A DNA stretch of 64,000 nt from Anolis carolinensis (Eukaryota): positions 21,563,190 to 21,627,189 of the forward strand of contig NC_085846.1 of the NCBI RefSeq assembly GCF_035594765.1. Direction: 5' to 3'. Numbering within the stretch: position 1 is the stretch's first letter; each line of letters starts with the position of its first letter. A program made the position numbers and the translations under genes. The notes under the pieces were generated by a model, which saw nothing but the letters and a program-made list of their open reading frames with translations, searched no databases and was not told where the DNA came from. Below, in pieces: positions 36,701 to 47,649 of the stretch.

Positions 36701-37538
36701 TGTGACATTTAATATCAAATCCTAGATAGATGGCTCTGGAGAAGGGGAACACATGGGTCAATGTAAATAAAAGAGGGGGGAAATTATAGAATATGTTTAT
36801 AAAACTGTAACATTTTCTCAAATAATAATAATAAATTAGTAAGAAAAAAAATCCTAGATAGATGAATAGAAAATTATGTATATAAAATATATTTACCAGA
36901 AATCTCATACCACTGAAGATTTCTTTTCATATTTTCATCAGAAGATGCCAGTTGTATTACAGGACAATATCCCATGAATATTTCAGCTTTGTTTATAAGA
37001 TACAACACTTCATTTTAAAAATATTGTGCCTTTGTTGTAGATCCAAGGGGATGATATAAATGTATCCTGTGCCACTGGGACTGATTCACAGGAGGAAGTG
37101 TTACTCTTTGAGATATTCCAACCCAATGTAAACACAATTTATTGTAACTTGGGAGTCCATGTTCCTTGATTGGACCCAGAAGACATCTAGATTGGTCCTA
37201 CACATACTTTTCTTCAAGAGTACCTGGATCAATGTGGATAACAGCTAGACAGCACTATCTCTTCAGAATGCTTTTTAAAAAGTAATACTCATTTTAGCTG
37301 AATTTCAGCCCCATCTTCTGGTTTACACCAGATCTAAATCTTGGGGCTAACTAATAAAAATATAAAGCCAATGGTACATATATTGAGAAAAAATGCAGAG
37401 CTTTTACCAAGTCCACCTTCAGGCCAAAACACAACTAGTTGGGACAGTTCTTCATGGTATATATCACAAGTTTTAATATCCCAAGTTAACTTATGGTTCT
37501 TCAGAATGGACCTCTCAAGAATCACACATTTATCTCTG

Positions 37539-37677
37539 GGGCCCCATCTACACTGCCATATAATGCAGTTTAACTGCACTGAATTGCATTATATGAGTCC
37601 ATACTGCCATATAATGCAGTTCAATAAAGTTAAACTGCATCATAAGACTGCATTATATGCCAGTGTAGATGGGGCCT
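37539..37677. mobile_element. Palindromic PIF/Harbinger-like MITE
   Basis: GGCCCCATCTACACTG..CAGTGTAGATGGGGCC; related copies 38161-38248, 42893-43029, 60933-61053, 42144-42296. Confidence 0.7.
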
Positions 37678-39543
37678 GGGTGTCATATTCTCCTTATGAG
37701 AGAAGAATTTGTGTGAAATGTCCATTTGTTGTCCCTTACTTTGGATCAGTACTTTTGTTGCTTTTGTTTTTAATGGCTTGCTTTGAGATGACACCAATAT
37801 TCACACAAAGTTACTTACCCACACTCTTGGTGTTGTATTCCTGAGATAGTTCCTGCAATGTATATTTGAAATTGCTTTCCTGAGTTTTTCTTGGACCTGC
37901 TCATGGTGCCTCTTCCGGCTTTTCCATTGGGTACCCACTACCACTAATTAATGTGAATAGGTGGTCTTCATTTGCACCTATAATACGTTGTGTCAGTTCA
38001 TTAACAAAGAGAACTTTTTTGAGATATGAAACAAAATCTAGCTTATCTGAACTCTATCCAATCCATCCTCCAAGAAGATCAGTGCAGGGTCCATGTTTCT
38101 TCAATGGCCTCACCAACAAATCATTTCTGATAGCAGCAGTATAGAAGTTGGGCAAGATTTGGCCCCATCTGCACTGCAGTTTAATAATGCAGTTCAATGC
38201 ATTTAAACTGCATTATGAAGCTACATCATATAGCAGTGTAGATGGGGTCTTTATTCTCTTCTCTATTGAAATAACATATATATTCACGGATGGCTTTTAT
38301 ATGCACTCAGCAATAGTATTATTTGGCAGCAAGCTTTAGGACAGTCCTTAGTGACAATGTAATTCTGTGAATGTGTAAAATTTATAGCTATGAGCCAAGC
38401 CCCATTCTTTGATTTAAATTAGTCTTATGTTCTGTTATGTTGAACCTAGGCAATAAAAAGTGGTGTCAAATTGCATTAATTCTAAAGTGTAAATGAGCTC
38501 TTAGTAGTTCCATTGCTGCTGCAGAGACTACAATACAAACCGAGGACTGAAATGTCAAGAAAGCGATTCCATCTAAGAACATTAGTAAGAAATTATTTAT
38601 TTAAGAGCAGCTTAACAGTGGAATGGACTACTGCAAAGATTGGTGGAAAGGAATGGAATAGGCATGGTGTAGCAGAAAAAGAACTATTTATTGTAATATA
38701 CACTTTACATAATTCATAACAGAGGTATAAATCTTTATTACCTATTCACGGGAGAGTATGAAGTATTGTAAAAGTTTAGGGTTAGACTGATTTTAACTCA
38801 TTTTAATGATTTTTTCACAAACTGCATTAATTTACGCAGTGTAGATGCAATCAAAAGTAGAATTTCTTGGCTCTACCTCTTCCCTGACTTACTAGACACT
38901 CACAACTGTGAGTGATCGGAGTCTGTCTCCTAACCTTTGGGATGTAGTATATTGATATTTCTATTCTCAGAGTCTCTCATCAAACAGGAATACAATCCAT
39001 CACAATTCCTATTCAACTGAGATCACATATAGGATGTGTATGTAAACATAAGTCTGCTCTGCCCTAATCAACAGCATTGCAGACTGTCACTCACAGTGGC
39101 TGATGCCTGGTAAATCAGAATTGGGGATCCCACTGACACCTTTCAGTGTTGGTGGGATTGCATGCTTCTGTAAGAGGATGTGCTGCTGGCAATGTCTCCC
39201 ATGTCAGACAGGTTTTGTGGAGGAGTCAGACGAAATGTGCTAAACAGCTACAGGCAACAGTGATAGTAGGGAATGACATTAGGGCCGGATCTCTCATAGA
39301 CTATGGCAGTGGCACCTTAACTAACACTTGTTAGTACTGTGCAGAAGGAGGTATGGTAAACCTCTTTGGAATGACGTGATGAGATATTATCAGATAATCC
39401 AAAATGAAACAAGAGATCAAGCCATAGGATTACTATGTGGTCCTATGATTACTCGGAAGTATGTTCCCTGAACTTTAATTAGAGCAACCCCAAACTAAGC
39501 AGGGTGTGTATAAGACTGCAGTGCATATCTTGAGAATGAGCCC

Positions 39544-42500
39544 CTATGAATCACAAGGACAGATTTTCAGGGGGATCTCTTTGTCCCAGACCTGGAAAAA
39601 AGGAAACACAGCCTCGGAGAAAGGATAGTTGAAGGTGAAGAGATGCTCCATGGAGTCACCATCATAAAAGGAAAGAATGTCAAAATCATACTCCAGGTGT
39701 ACCTTGATCCTTTTTGGAGATTTCCACAGTATTAGAATGGTGGAAGGCGTGGTGGAAGCTGCATATTCTCCCCCGTTCAAGTTCAGCACCCAATAGCCTT
39801 TGGTAGCAGTGACGTACGGCTGCCACTTTCTCTCTGCTGATTTCCGGGCAACACCAATGGCCCATCCCTTGGCCTTGCCCACTTCCACCATCCATTCCAC
39901 AGTCCCAGAGTCAATTCCTTCGGCTCCCAGGACACACGGAGAAAAATTGAAGCGCTCAGGGTTGTCAGGAAGAGACTGGGCATGGGTGCCCATATGCACA
40001 CTTTTCCGATCTTCAGAAAGGACGAGGGCAGGGTAGGCAGTCTTAGGATCCAACACAATCTCCACTGGCGATCAAAAACAGAGAGAAGGTTAGTGTGATC
40101 CTTTCCAAAGTCATCAGGACACTGGCCTGAATCCAAACACAGTCAACCTGTTGAAATTAAGTTATGACTAATATAAATCTCATTTATTTCAATTGCTCTT
40201 CCAACTAGTACAGGGGTCCCCAAACTAAGGCCCGGGAACCAGATGCATTCCCCAAAGTCATTTACCTGGCCCCTGTCCTAAACTTTAGACTTAGGGTTGG
40301 CCTAAGTCTACCTGATCTTTGGAGGTCTCTTTGCTTAGCTACAGCCGTATGAGACCATCTAGATGGCTTTTGGAGGTCACTTTCATTACCTTTGGTCCTA
40401 TGAGGCCATCTAGATGGCCTTTGATGTTGCCTTTACTTAGCTATGGTTTTATGAGATTGTCTTGATGGCCTTTGGGGGCCCCTTTCCTTACCTATGGTCT
40501 TATGAAACCATCTAGATGGTCTTTGAGGATACCTTTCCTTATCTATAGTCTTATGAGACCATCTAGATGGCTTTTAGAGGTCACTTTCCTTACCTATGGT
40601 CCTATGGGACCATCTAGATGGTCTTTGAGGATCCCTTTCCTTATCTATGGTCTTATGAGACCATCTAGATGGCTTTTGGAGGTCACTTTCATTACCTATG
40701 GTCCTATGAAACCATCTAGACGGTCTTTGAGGATCCCTTTCCTTATCTATGGTCTTATGAGACCATCTAGATGGCTTTTGGAGGTCACTTTCATTACCTA
40801 TGGTCCTATGAGACCATCTAGATGGTCTTTGGAGGTCTCTTTGCTTACCTATGGTCTTATGTAATCGTCTAGATCAGGGGTTCCCAAACTAAGGCCCTCT
40901 AAGGTCATTGACCTGGCCTCTGTCCTAAACTTTAGACTTAGGGTTGACCTAGGTCTGAAATGACTTGAAGGCACACAACAACAACAATCCTAATTTTGGA
41001 CTATTTCATCATAGTCCGGCCTCCGCAACAGTCTGAGGGACTGTGAATCGGCCCTTCACTTAAAAGGTTTGGGGACCCCTGAACTAGTATGACTAACTTT
41101 AGACCCACAGATTTAGAAAAAAATAAAGAACAGGGTAATTCCAAGGTAAAGATCAAGATATTCTGTCATTTGAAGAGCAGTGGAGATTTAATAGTGCCTG
41201 TACTCAAACGGACAATGTGTTGGTAATCTCACATCAGAACAACATATTTTATGTGTGGCCAAGACCCAAAAATAACATATAAAACAGCTCTGTATGTAAG
41301 CAAAACAATACGTTTGAGAACCACATATGTGGGCCTGATCGAGGTAAATTGTACAGGTGATAAGGAAATATACACACACATACACACACACACACACACA
41401 CAGTTTTATTATATTTATTTACTATATTGTTATAAGTGTCTTACTTTAACTTATTGCATAGAGTGTAATCAAGTCATATCAAGGCTTGTTGTTTGGTATG
41501 ATATTGTGACATGGCCTAAGGGCTAATCAATAAAAAAAAATATTCAGTACCTGAGATATTCTCTGCATTGTCCAGTGTTTTGCCAATCCATCAGCCCCTA
41601 AAATCCATCTGCCGGTAACTCACCTTTCTTCTGAGTCCCACAAAACCTGTCAACAAGATTTGCTTGTATTTTTTCATCCTTCTTCCTTTTTTCCTCCTTG
41701 GTCAAAGGTTTTTTAACTTGACGAAAATCTATTAGCAAAAAAAAAAGTTGGGGGTGAGAGCACTTTTGCTTCTCTTATTTCTAGAATCAATACAAGATCA
41801 ATTAGGATCATTTTCTAAGTAGCATCATCACGGTGCTATAATTATGGATGGTTGAATTAAATCGAGTGCATGTAAATTGGTCAATAAATCTTTTATCACA
41901 GAGATGCCTTATGGCTCCAGCTACTTCTTCTTAGGAAACTGGATTCTAGGAGAAAGCTGGAAACCCTAAAATCTCTTGCCTCTCTGAAATGGCATGGACA
42001 TGCACCAAGCAATATAAATGGTGGATTTGGTCATGTAATCTGAATTTGAAATAGATGGGCAGATCTATATACCAATCAAAGATCTGCATGACTTTCTCAA
42101 GCATATATAGTATGACTTTCCAATCTGTGGGGGATACATTCTTAGGGCCCTTCCACACAGCCATATAACCCAGAATATCAAGGCAGAAAATCCCACAGTA
42201 TCTGCTTTGAACTGGGTTATCTTAGTCCACACTGCCATATATTCCAGTTCAAAGCAGACAATGTGGGATTTTATTCCAGCTATGTGGAAGGAGCCTAAGA
42301 TACACATACAGATATCTGAAATATGGATTAAAAACATATCCTACATTTTGACTACACTTGGGTTGCAAGCATAACATAGACTTGCATTGGAGGATCTACA
42401 GAGTTCAAAAACTCTTCCATGGGGGTATATTTTTTGGAGCATGAATAAGTAAATCTGTTGTTATAAAATTCATGGATAATAGGGTTGTACTATTGGAGCT

Positions 42501-43342
42501 CCCGTGGCGCAGCGGATTAAACCGCCGAGCTGCTGAACTTGTTGGCAGTTAAAATCTGGGGAGCGGGGTGAGCTCCTACTGTTAGCCCCAGCTCCTGCCA
42601 ACCTAGCAGTTCAAAAACATGAAAATGTGAGTAGATCAATAGGTACTGGTCCGGTGGAAAGGTAACAGCACTCCATGCAGTCATGCCAGCCAAATGACCT
42701 TGCAGGTGTCTACAGACAACGCTGGCTCTTTAGCTTAGAAATGGAGATGAGCACCAACCCCCAGAGTCGGACACGACTAGAATTAATGTCAGGGGAAAAC
42801 CTTTACCTTACTATTGACCAGAACACTGAAAGCAATTAGAATTAGTTACTATAGAAAAGGAAAGCTCCTTCAAATACTTGGGTGGTGCCTGTGGCCCCAT
42901 CTATACTGCCATATAATGCAATTTGACTGCACTGAACTAAGTTATATGAATCTATACTGCCATATAATCCAGTTCAATGCAGTTAAACTGCATTCTAATT
43001 CTGCATTATTTGGCAGTGTAGATGGGGCTTGAGTCCAGCATTTCTTTTTTCTTTCTTTCACTTACATGATGGCATCTCGTTTCTAACTTTTGCCGACAGA
43101 TCCTTCCTGTTTATTCGGTCAAAGATGTTGGCGGCCACCTCGACTGCCTTGTCCTCATCAAATGTCGTGACCATGAGACGTGACAGCTCAGTGGCGTCTG
43201 CCTTCTCGGTCTTACTGTGCCGAATGGGCTTGAAGCCCTCCTCGACTGGGTATTCTTCAAGGTGCATCTTAAATGTCTTCATTTCCACATCTCGCAGATC
43301 TTCAATATAGTGAAACAGCTTGCAGCGGACGCTATCGGACAT
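39544..43342 (-). CDS. PYD (pyrin domain) - PRY/SPRY (B30.2) fusion protein, ~300 aa, 3 coding exons
   Basis: Exon A 43342-43066 (277 nt, PYD MSDSVRCKLFHYIEDL..FKMHLEEYP..TEKAD..INRKDL; in-frame TAA upstream; donor gtaagt). Exon B 41728-41624 (105 nt, YFRQVKKPLTKEEKRKKDEKIQANLVDRFCGTQKK; donor gtgagt). Exon C 40064-39544 (521 nt, VEIVLDPKTA..PERF..WMVEV..LEYD..FPFF). All junctions phase 1; total 903 nt, open. Joining of the exons is inferred. Confidence 0.82.
40211..41081 (+). mobile_element. Composite non-autonomous hAT (OposCharlie1/OC1-like) with two 5' ends
   Basis: TIR CAGGGGTCCCCAAAC/GTTTGGGGACCCCTG; TSD AACTAGTA (40203-40210, 41082-41089); second 5' end at 40876. Confidence 0.88.
40310..40875. 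repeat. 51-bp minisatellite (~11 copies, alternating A/B variants)
   Basis: CCATCTAGATGG-type palindrome at 40355, 40406, 40508, 40559, 40610, 40661, 40712, 40763, 40814. Confidence 0.92.
42495..42812 (+). mobile_element. Sauria SINE
   Basis: Head, body and ACCTTT tail. Confidence 0.88.
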
Positions 43343-43694
43343 CTTAGCTCCCAGTTAGGATGTATCTGGGGAAAGAGGGGAAAAGATGTTATGAAGAGCC
43401 CAATAGAAGAAAAACTGGGGAGCAGGAAACATTGAAAGAAGGAGGAGGCTCCTGACTAACCTCAATAAAAGTACTTTTAAGGGGTTAGTGCTGTATTTTA
43501 AATGATTAATTGGATCTTTAAATATTCAATTGGCATTGAATATTATATCTTCTTTAATTGTGGTTTTACTTCACGACATCTTGACTTTTTTTTCGAAAAA
43601 AGTACTTTTTTGGATCTTATTGTGATTTGTCTTGAGCTCCAGGTCTGAAGAAAGGTAGAATAGAAATCCAATGGATAAAAGTTGTTGTAGTTCA

Positions 43695-43930
43695 TATAAT
43701 TATAAAATCACATAGTTGGAAAAGACCACAAGGGTCACCCCCTGCCATGCAGGAACACACAATCCAAGCATTCCTGGCAGATGGCCATCTATCTTCTGCT
43801 TTAAAAGCCTCCAGTGAGGGACTCTGAGGAAGCATAGACTACTGCTGATCAGCTCTTATGGTCAGTAATGTTTGGGTGGAATATCCTTTACTGCAGTTTC
43901 AATCCATTTTCAGAAGAAAATAAACTTGCT
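43695..43930 (-). mobile_element. CR1 3' fragment
   Basis: tagttggaaaagacc..cagatggccatc..aaagcctcc, homologous to 4360-4820. Confidence 0.7.
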
Positions 43931-43954
43931 CTGTCTTTAATAGGACATCTTCTT

Positions 43955-44525
43955 AACCTTTCTTGGAAGAAGTACTGCCTGACTATCAAGCAAAACGCAG
44001 GTGCTAGAAATAATATCATACGAAAGCTGACCGGCACAACCTGGGGATCACAACCAGATACAGTGAAGACATCAGTCCTTGCACTTTGCTGCTCTGCTGC
44101 TGAAAATGCATGCCCAGTGTGGAATACATTTTCACCAAGCTAAAACAGTAGATGTGGCTCTTAATGAGACATGTTGCATTATGACAGGATGGCCACACTC
44201 CACACCACTGGAGAAATTATACTGCTTAGCCAGCATTGCACCACCTGACATCCGTTGGGAAGTAACAGCCAATAATGAAAGGACCAAGTCATTAACATCC
44301 TCTGTTCAAACATCAGCCAGCAAGCCAACACCTTAAATCAAGAAATAGCTTTCTAAGATCTACAGAGAAACTTGCAGGAATACATCAGCAAATAAGAGTC
44401 CAAAAATGGCAGGATAAAACCTGGAACCTCAATCAGTGGCCGAAACGAGATGAGAAACTCCCCCCTGGGCACACAGAAGACTGGACGACTTGGAAGGCGC
44501 TGAACAGACTGTGCTCTGGCACCAC
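43955..44525 (+). mobile_element. Vingi/Ingi-type LINE fragment, degenerate
   Basis: KQNAGARNNIIRKLTGTTWGSQPDTVKTS..CPVW and DWTTWKALNRL with frameshifts. Confidence 0.7.
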
Positions 44526-45210
44526 CTGTTTTCTGAGTAGATCACCAAACACAGTGACCAAACACGAATCAAGGAATATTAAAGGCACTGCAGACTAGTC
44601 CAGCCAGAGAAGTCAGCCATAGCAGAGCACTTCATGAACCAACCTGGACACAGCATATTATTTGAGAACACAGAAGTGCTGAACCACTCAAACAGCCATC
44701 ATGTCAGACTACATGGAGAAGCCATTGAAATACACAAGCATGTGGACAATTTCAACAGAAAGGAGGAAGCCACAAACATGAACAAAATCTGGCTACCAGT
44801 ATTTTAAAAACTGTAAAATCAGGAAAGTAAGTAAAAAGCAACACTCAAAACACAGAGGAATTCCAGACATGAAACAATCAGGGACAGTTGACAACTCTCA
44901 ACAAAGGATTCCCTCAGGCAGAAATCAGCCAGGCTTTGAATCTGCAAGGCCATTCAATGCTAATCAAAATGGCCAATTGCACCATTCACACTTGCCTCAA
45001 GCAGACAAGAGTACTTTCTCCCACCCTGGACCTTCCACAGATATATAAACCCCACTTGCATAGTTTTCCAACAGACCTCACACCTCTGAGGATGCCTGCC
45101 ATAGATGTGGGTGAAACGTCAAGAGAGAATGCTTCTGGAACATGGCCATATATAGTCCGAAAACTCAGAGCAACCCAGTGATTCCGGCCATGAAAGGCTT
45201 CGACAGCACA
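44525..45210 (+). mobile_element. Penelope-like element 3' end (GIY-YIG endonuclease remnant + pLTR)
   Basis: RIKE.*RHCRLVQPEKSAIAEHFMNQPGHSILFENTEVL..EAIEIHKHVDNFNRKEE, then a terminal repeat with a CTGAGGA..GAAAC hammerhead-like core. Confidence 0.85.
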
Positions 45211-45459
45211 TTGAAAATCTCCCTATCTTCTAATCTCTCCACTATCCTCCTTCTGGAAACATTTGCAGACCAGGGGTGTTTGTATGGGTTTGTATGTGTA
45301 AAACAGCCAGATTTATACCCCTCCTCTCCCCCTCTTGCACACATATAGAAGAGAGAGATTTTCATTATAATGCTGCCAAACCTCTGAGTCAGATGGGACC
45401 CAGAGAACAAAATGAATATGGGACATCTCCAAAAATGTATACACCTATAGTGGTGTATA

Positions 45460-45772
45460 GGTAAAGGTTTTCCCCTGACTTAATGTCCAGTCATGTCCGA
45501 CTCTGGGGGTTGGTGCTCATCTCAATTTCTAAGCCGAAGAACCGGCATTGTCCGTAGACACCTCCAAGGTCATGTGGCCATGTGGCCAGCCGTTACCTTC
45601 TTGCCGGAGCGGTACCTATTGTTCTACTCACATTTGCAAGTTTTCTAACTGCTAGGTTGTCAAAAGCTGGGGCTAACAGCGGGCGCTCACTTCACTCCCC
45701 AGATTCAAACATGTGACCTTTAGGTCCGTAAGTTCAGCAGCTCAGCACTTTAATACGCTGCACTACCGGGGG
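45460..45772 (-). mobile_element. Sauria SINE
   Basis: Reverse complement of the SINE. Confidence 0.85.
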
Positions 45773-46458
45773 TGTATACTTCTGGATTTCTTAGATTTAT
45801 TTATTATTATTTTTTGCAATCCCCTGCCCTATAAACAACAACAACAACAACTCTATACATCTCTAACAGGATTAAAGACTCCAATAGTAGAAAAGTGTGG
45901 CGTACTGCCAAGAGAAACGTCAAAACAGTGGTGACTGTGCATGGTTGCCAAGAAAACACTGGACCTTGATGATCACTTGAACTGCACCTTGATGATCACT
46001 TGAACCCCTTACATACAATTGCATTTGAAAACAGAATCTATAATTTTATTGAATGAATTATTATGGTAACATTCTTCTCCAACAGAAAGGCAGTCACTTG
46101 GCCTTCAAAGATGTCATAGCTATTCTTAGCTGGTAAAAGATATACACATTTTGGGGGGACACTTAACAGGTGCCGATCTAGGAGTGAAGACTCTCCTTCA
46201 TGCAATTTGGCATCACTTGAATTGCCATGGCTCACTGCTATGGAATCATAGCTTTTCCACGCTATTAGCCTTCTCTGTCTAAGAATGCGGGTGCCTCACA
46301 AAACTACAACTTCCAGGAGTCCGTAGCATGAGTCATGGGCATTCAAGTGCATTAATTCAACAGCCTAGATGTGCCCCAAGCGCCCTTTCTGCCCCACTGA
46401 GCCACCCCAAAGGGGAAAACCTACCACTTCTTTCTCCTCTTGCTCCGTCGCCTCCCCT

Positions 46459-46474
46459 GAAAGTGAAAGCGAAA
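46459..46474. promoter_or_regulatory. IRF-binding element / ISRE-like GAAAGTGAAAGCGAAA
   Basis: Three GAAA cores with 2-nt spacing in a non-repetitive, mildly CpG-containing patch; candidate minus-strand donor gtaggt at 46424 just downstream; ~3.1 kb 5' of the PYD-B30.2 ATG. Confidence 0.5.
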
Positions 46475-46908
46475 TAAGGGAGGGCTCCTTCTTTCAGCCC
46501 TTTCTTTCTCTCCGCGAGTTTTATGGCTCCAGACAAGCAGCCCTTCCTTGTCATCCACCCTCTTATCCACCCACAGAAGTACACAAATACAAGCTATGGT
46601 CCTGAGACAAGAGTTTTGCCTCTTCCCAAGCAACCAGCCAAGCCAAAAGGGTGGTGGGGGTGTAAGTGGAACGTTTCTTTGCAAGGAGATTTAAATGTAC
46701 CCTTCTCCAAACCCATTAGATTACAGGTTGACACTGCTTCAACTATCATAGTTCAATGTTATGGAATCATTGCAGTTTTCCAACCTTTCTTCTCTGCTGA
46801 AGATTGCTGATACCACCCAGGATTCCCTTGCATTTCACCCCAAAGTGGGGTCAAACTACATTCATTCTACAGTAGATGCACCCGTAGACTTGTCACTATG
46901 TGATAACC

Positions 46909-47649
46909 CAGTGGTTCTCAACCTTCCTAGTGCCACAACCGCTTAATACAGTTCCTCATGTTGCGGTAACCCATAACCATAAAATTATTTTCGTTGCTGC
47001 TTCATAACTGTAATTTTCATACTGTTAAGGATTGTACATTTCTGATATGCAGGATGTATTTTCATTCACTGGACCAAATTTGGCACAAATACCCAATACG
47101 CCCAAATTTGAATACTGGTGGGATTGGGTGGGGGATTTTGTCATTTGGGAGCTGTAGTTGTTGGGATTTATAGTTCACCTACAATCAAAGAGCATTCTGA
47201 ACTCCACCAATAATGGAATTGAACCAAACTTGGCACACAGAACTCCCATGACCAACAGAAAATACTTGGTGGGTATTCACTTTGAGTTTGGGAGTTGTAG
47301 TTCTAAATCTAGAGAGCACTGTGGACTCAAACAATGATGAATCTGGGCCAAACTTGGCATGAATAATCAATATGCCCAAATGTGAACACTGGTGGAGTTT
47401 GGGGAAAATAGACTTTGACATTTGGGAGTTGTAGTTGGTGGGATTTGCAGTTTACCCACAATAAAAGAGCCCCTTGAACCCCACCAATGATAGAATAGGG
47501 CCAAAGGGCAGGCAGAGAGATCTTCAGCCTTCTCTGCCGAAGGGGTTGCCTAAGAGCATCAGAAATATTTTCTGATGGTCTTTGGCAACCCCTCTGAAGC
47601 CCCTTCGTGACCCACCCACGGGTCCCGACCCCCAGGTTGAAAAACGCTG
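46909..47649. mobile_element. SPIN-type non-autonomous hAT
   Basis: CAGTGGTTCTCAACCT..AGGTTGAAAAACGCTG; TSD TGATAACC/TGCTAACC; left end ..ttaatacagttcctcatgttg..cataaaattattttcgttgct resembles the SPIN/URR1 end; internal degenerate gggagttgtagt repeats. Confidence 0.8.

Noticed and set aside
40472-40864. 130-aa repeat ORF
   Set aside because: Translation of a 51-bp (17-codon) minisatellite.
41551-41597. Possible extra AG..GT mini-exon in the PYD-B30.2 gene
   Set aside because: Would need a 26-nt intron and its 47 nt would break the frame.
46412-46421. NF-kB-like GGGGAAAACC near the ISRE
   Set aside because: Deviates from GGGRNWYYCC and the same string is common in SINE tails.
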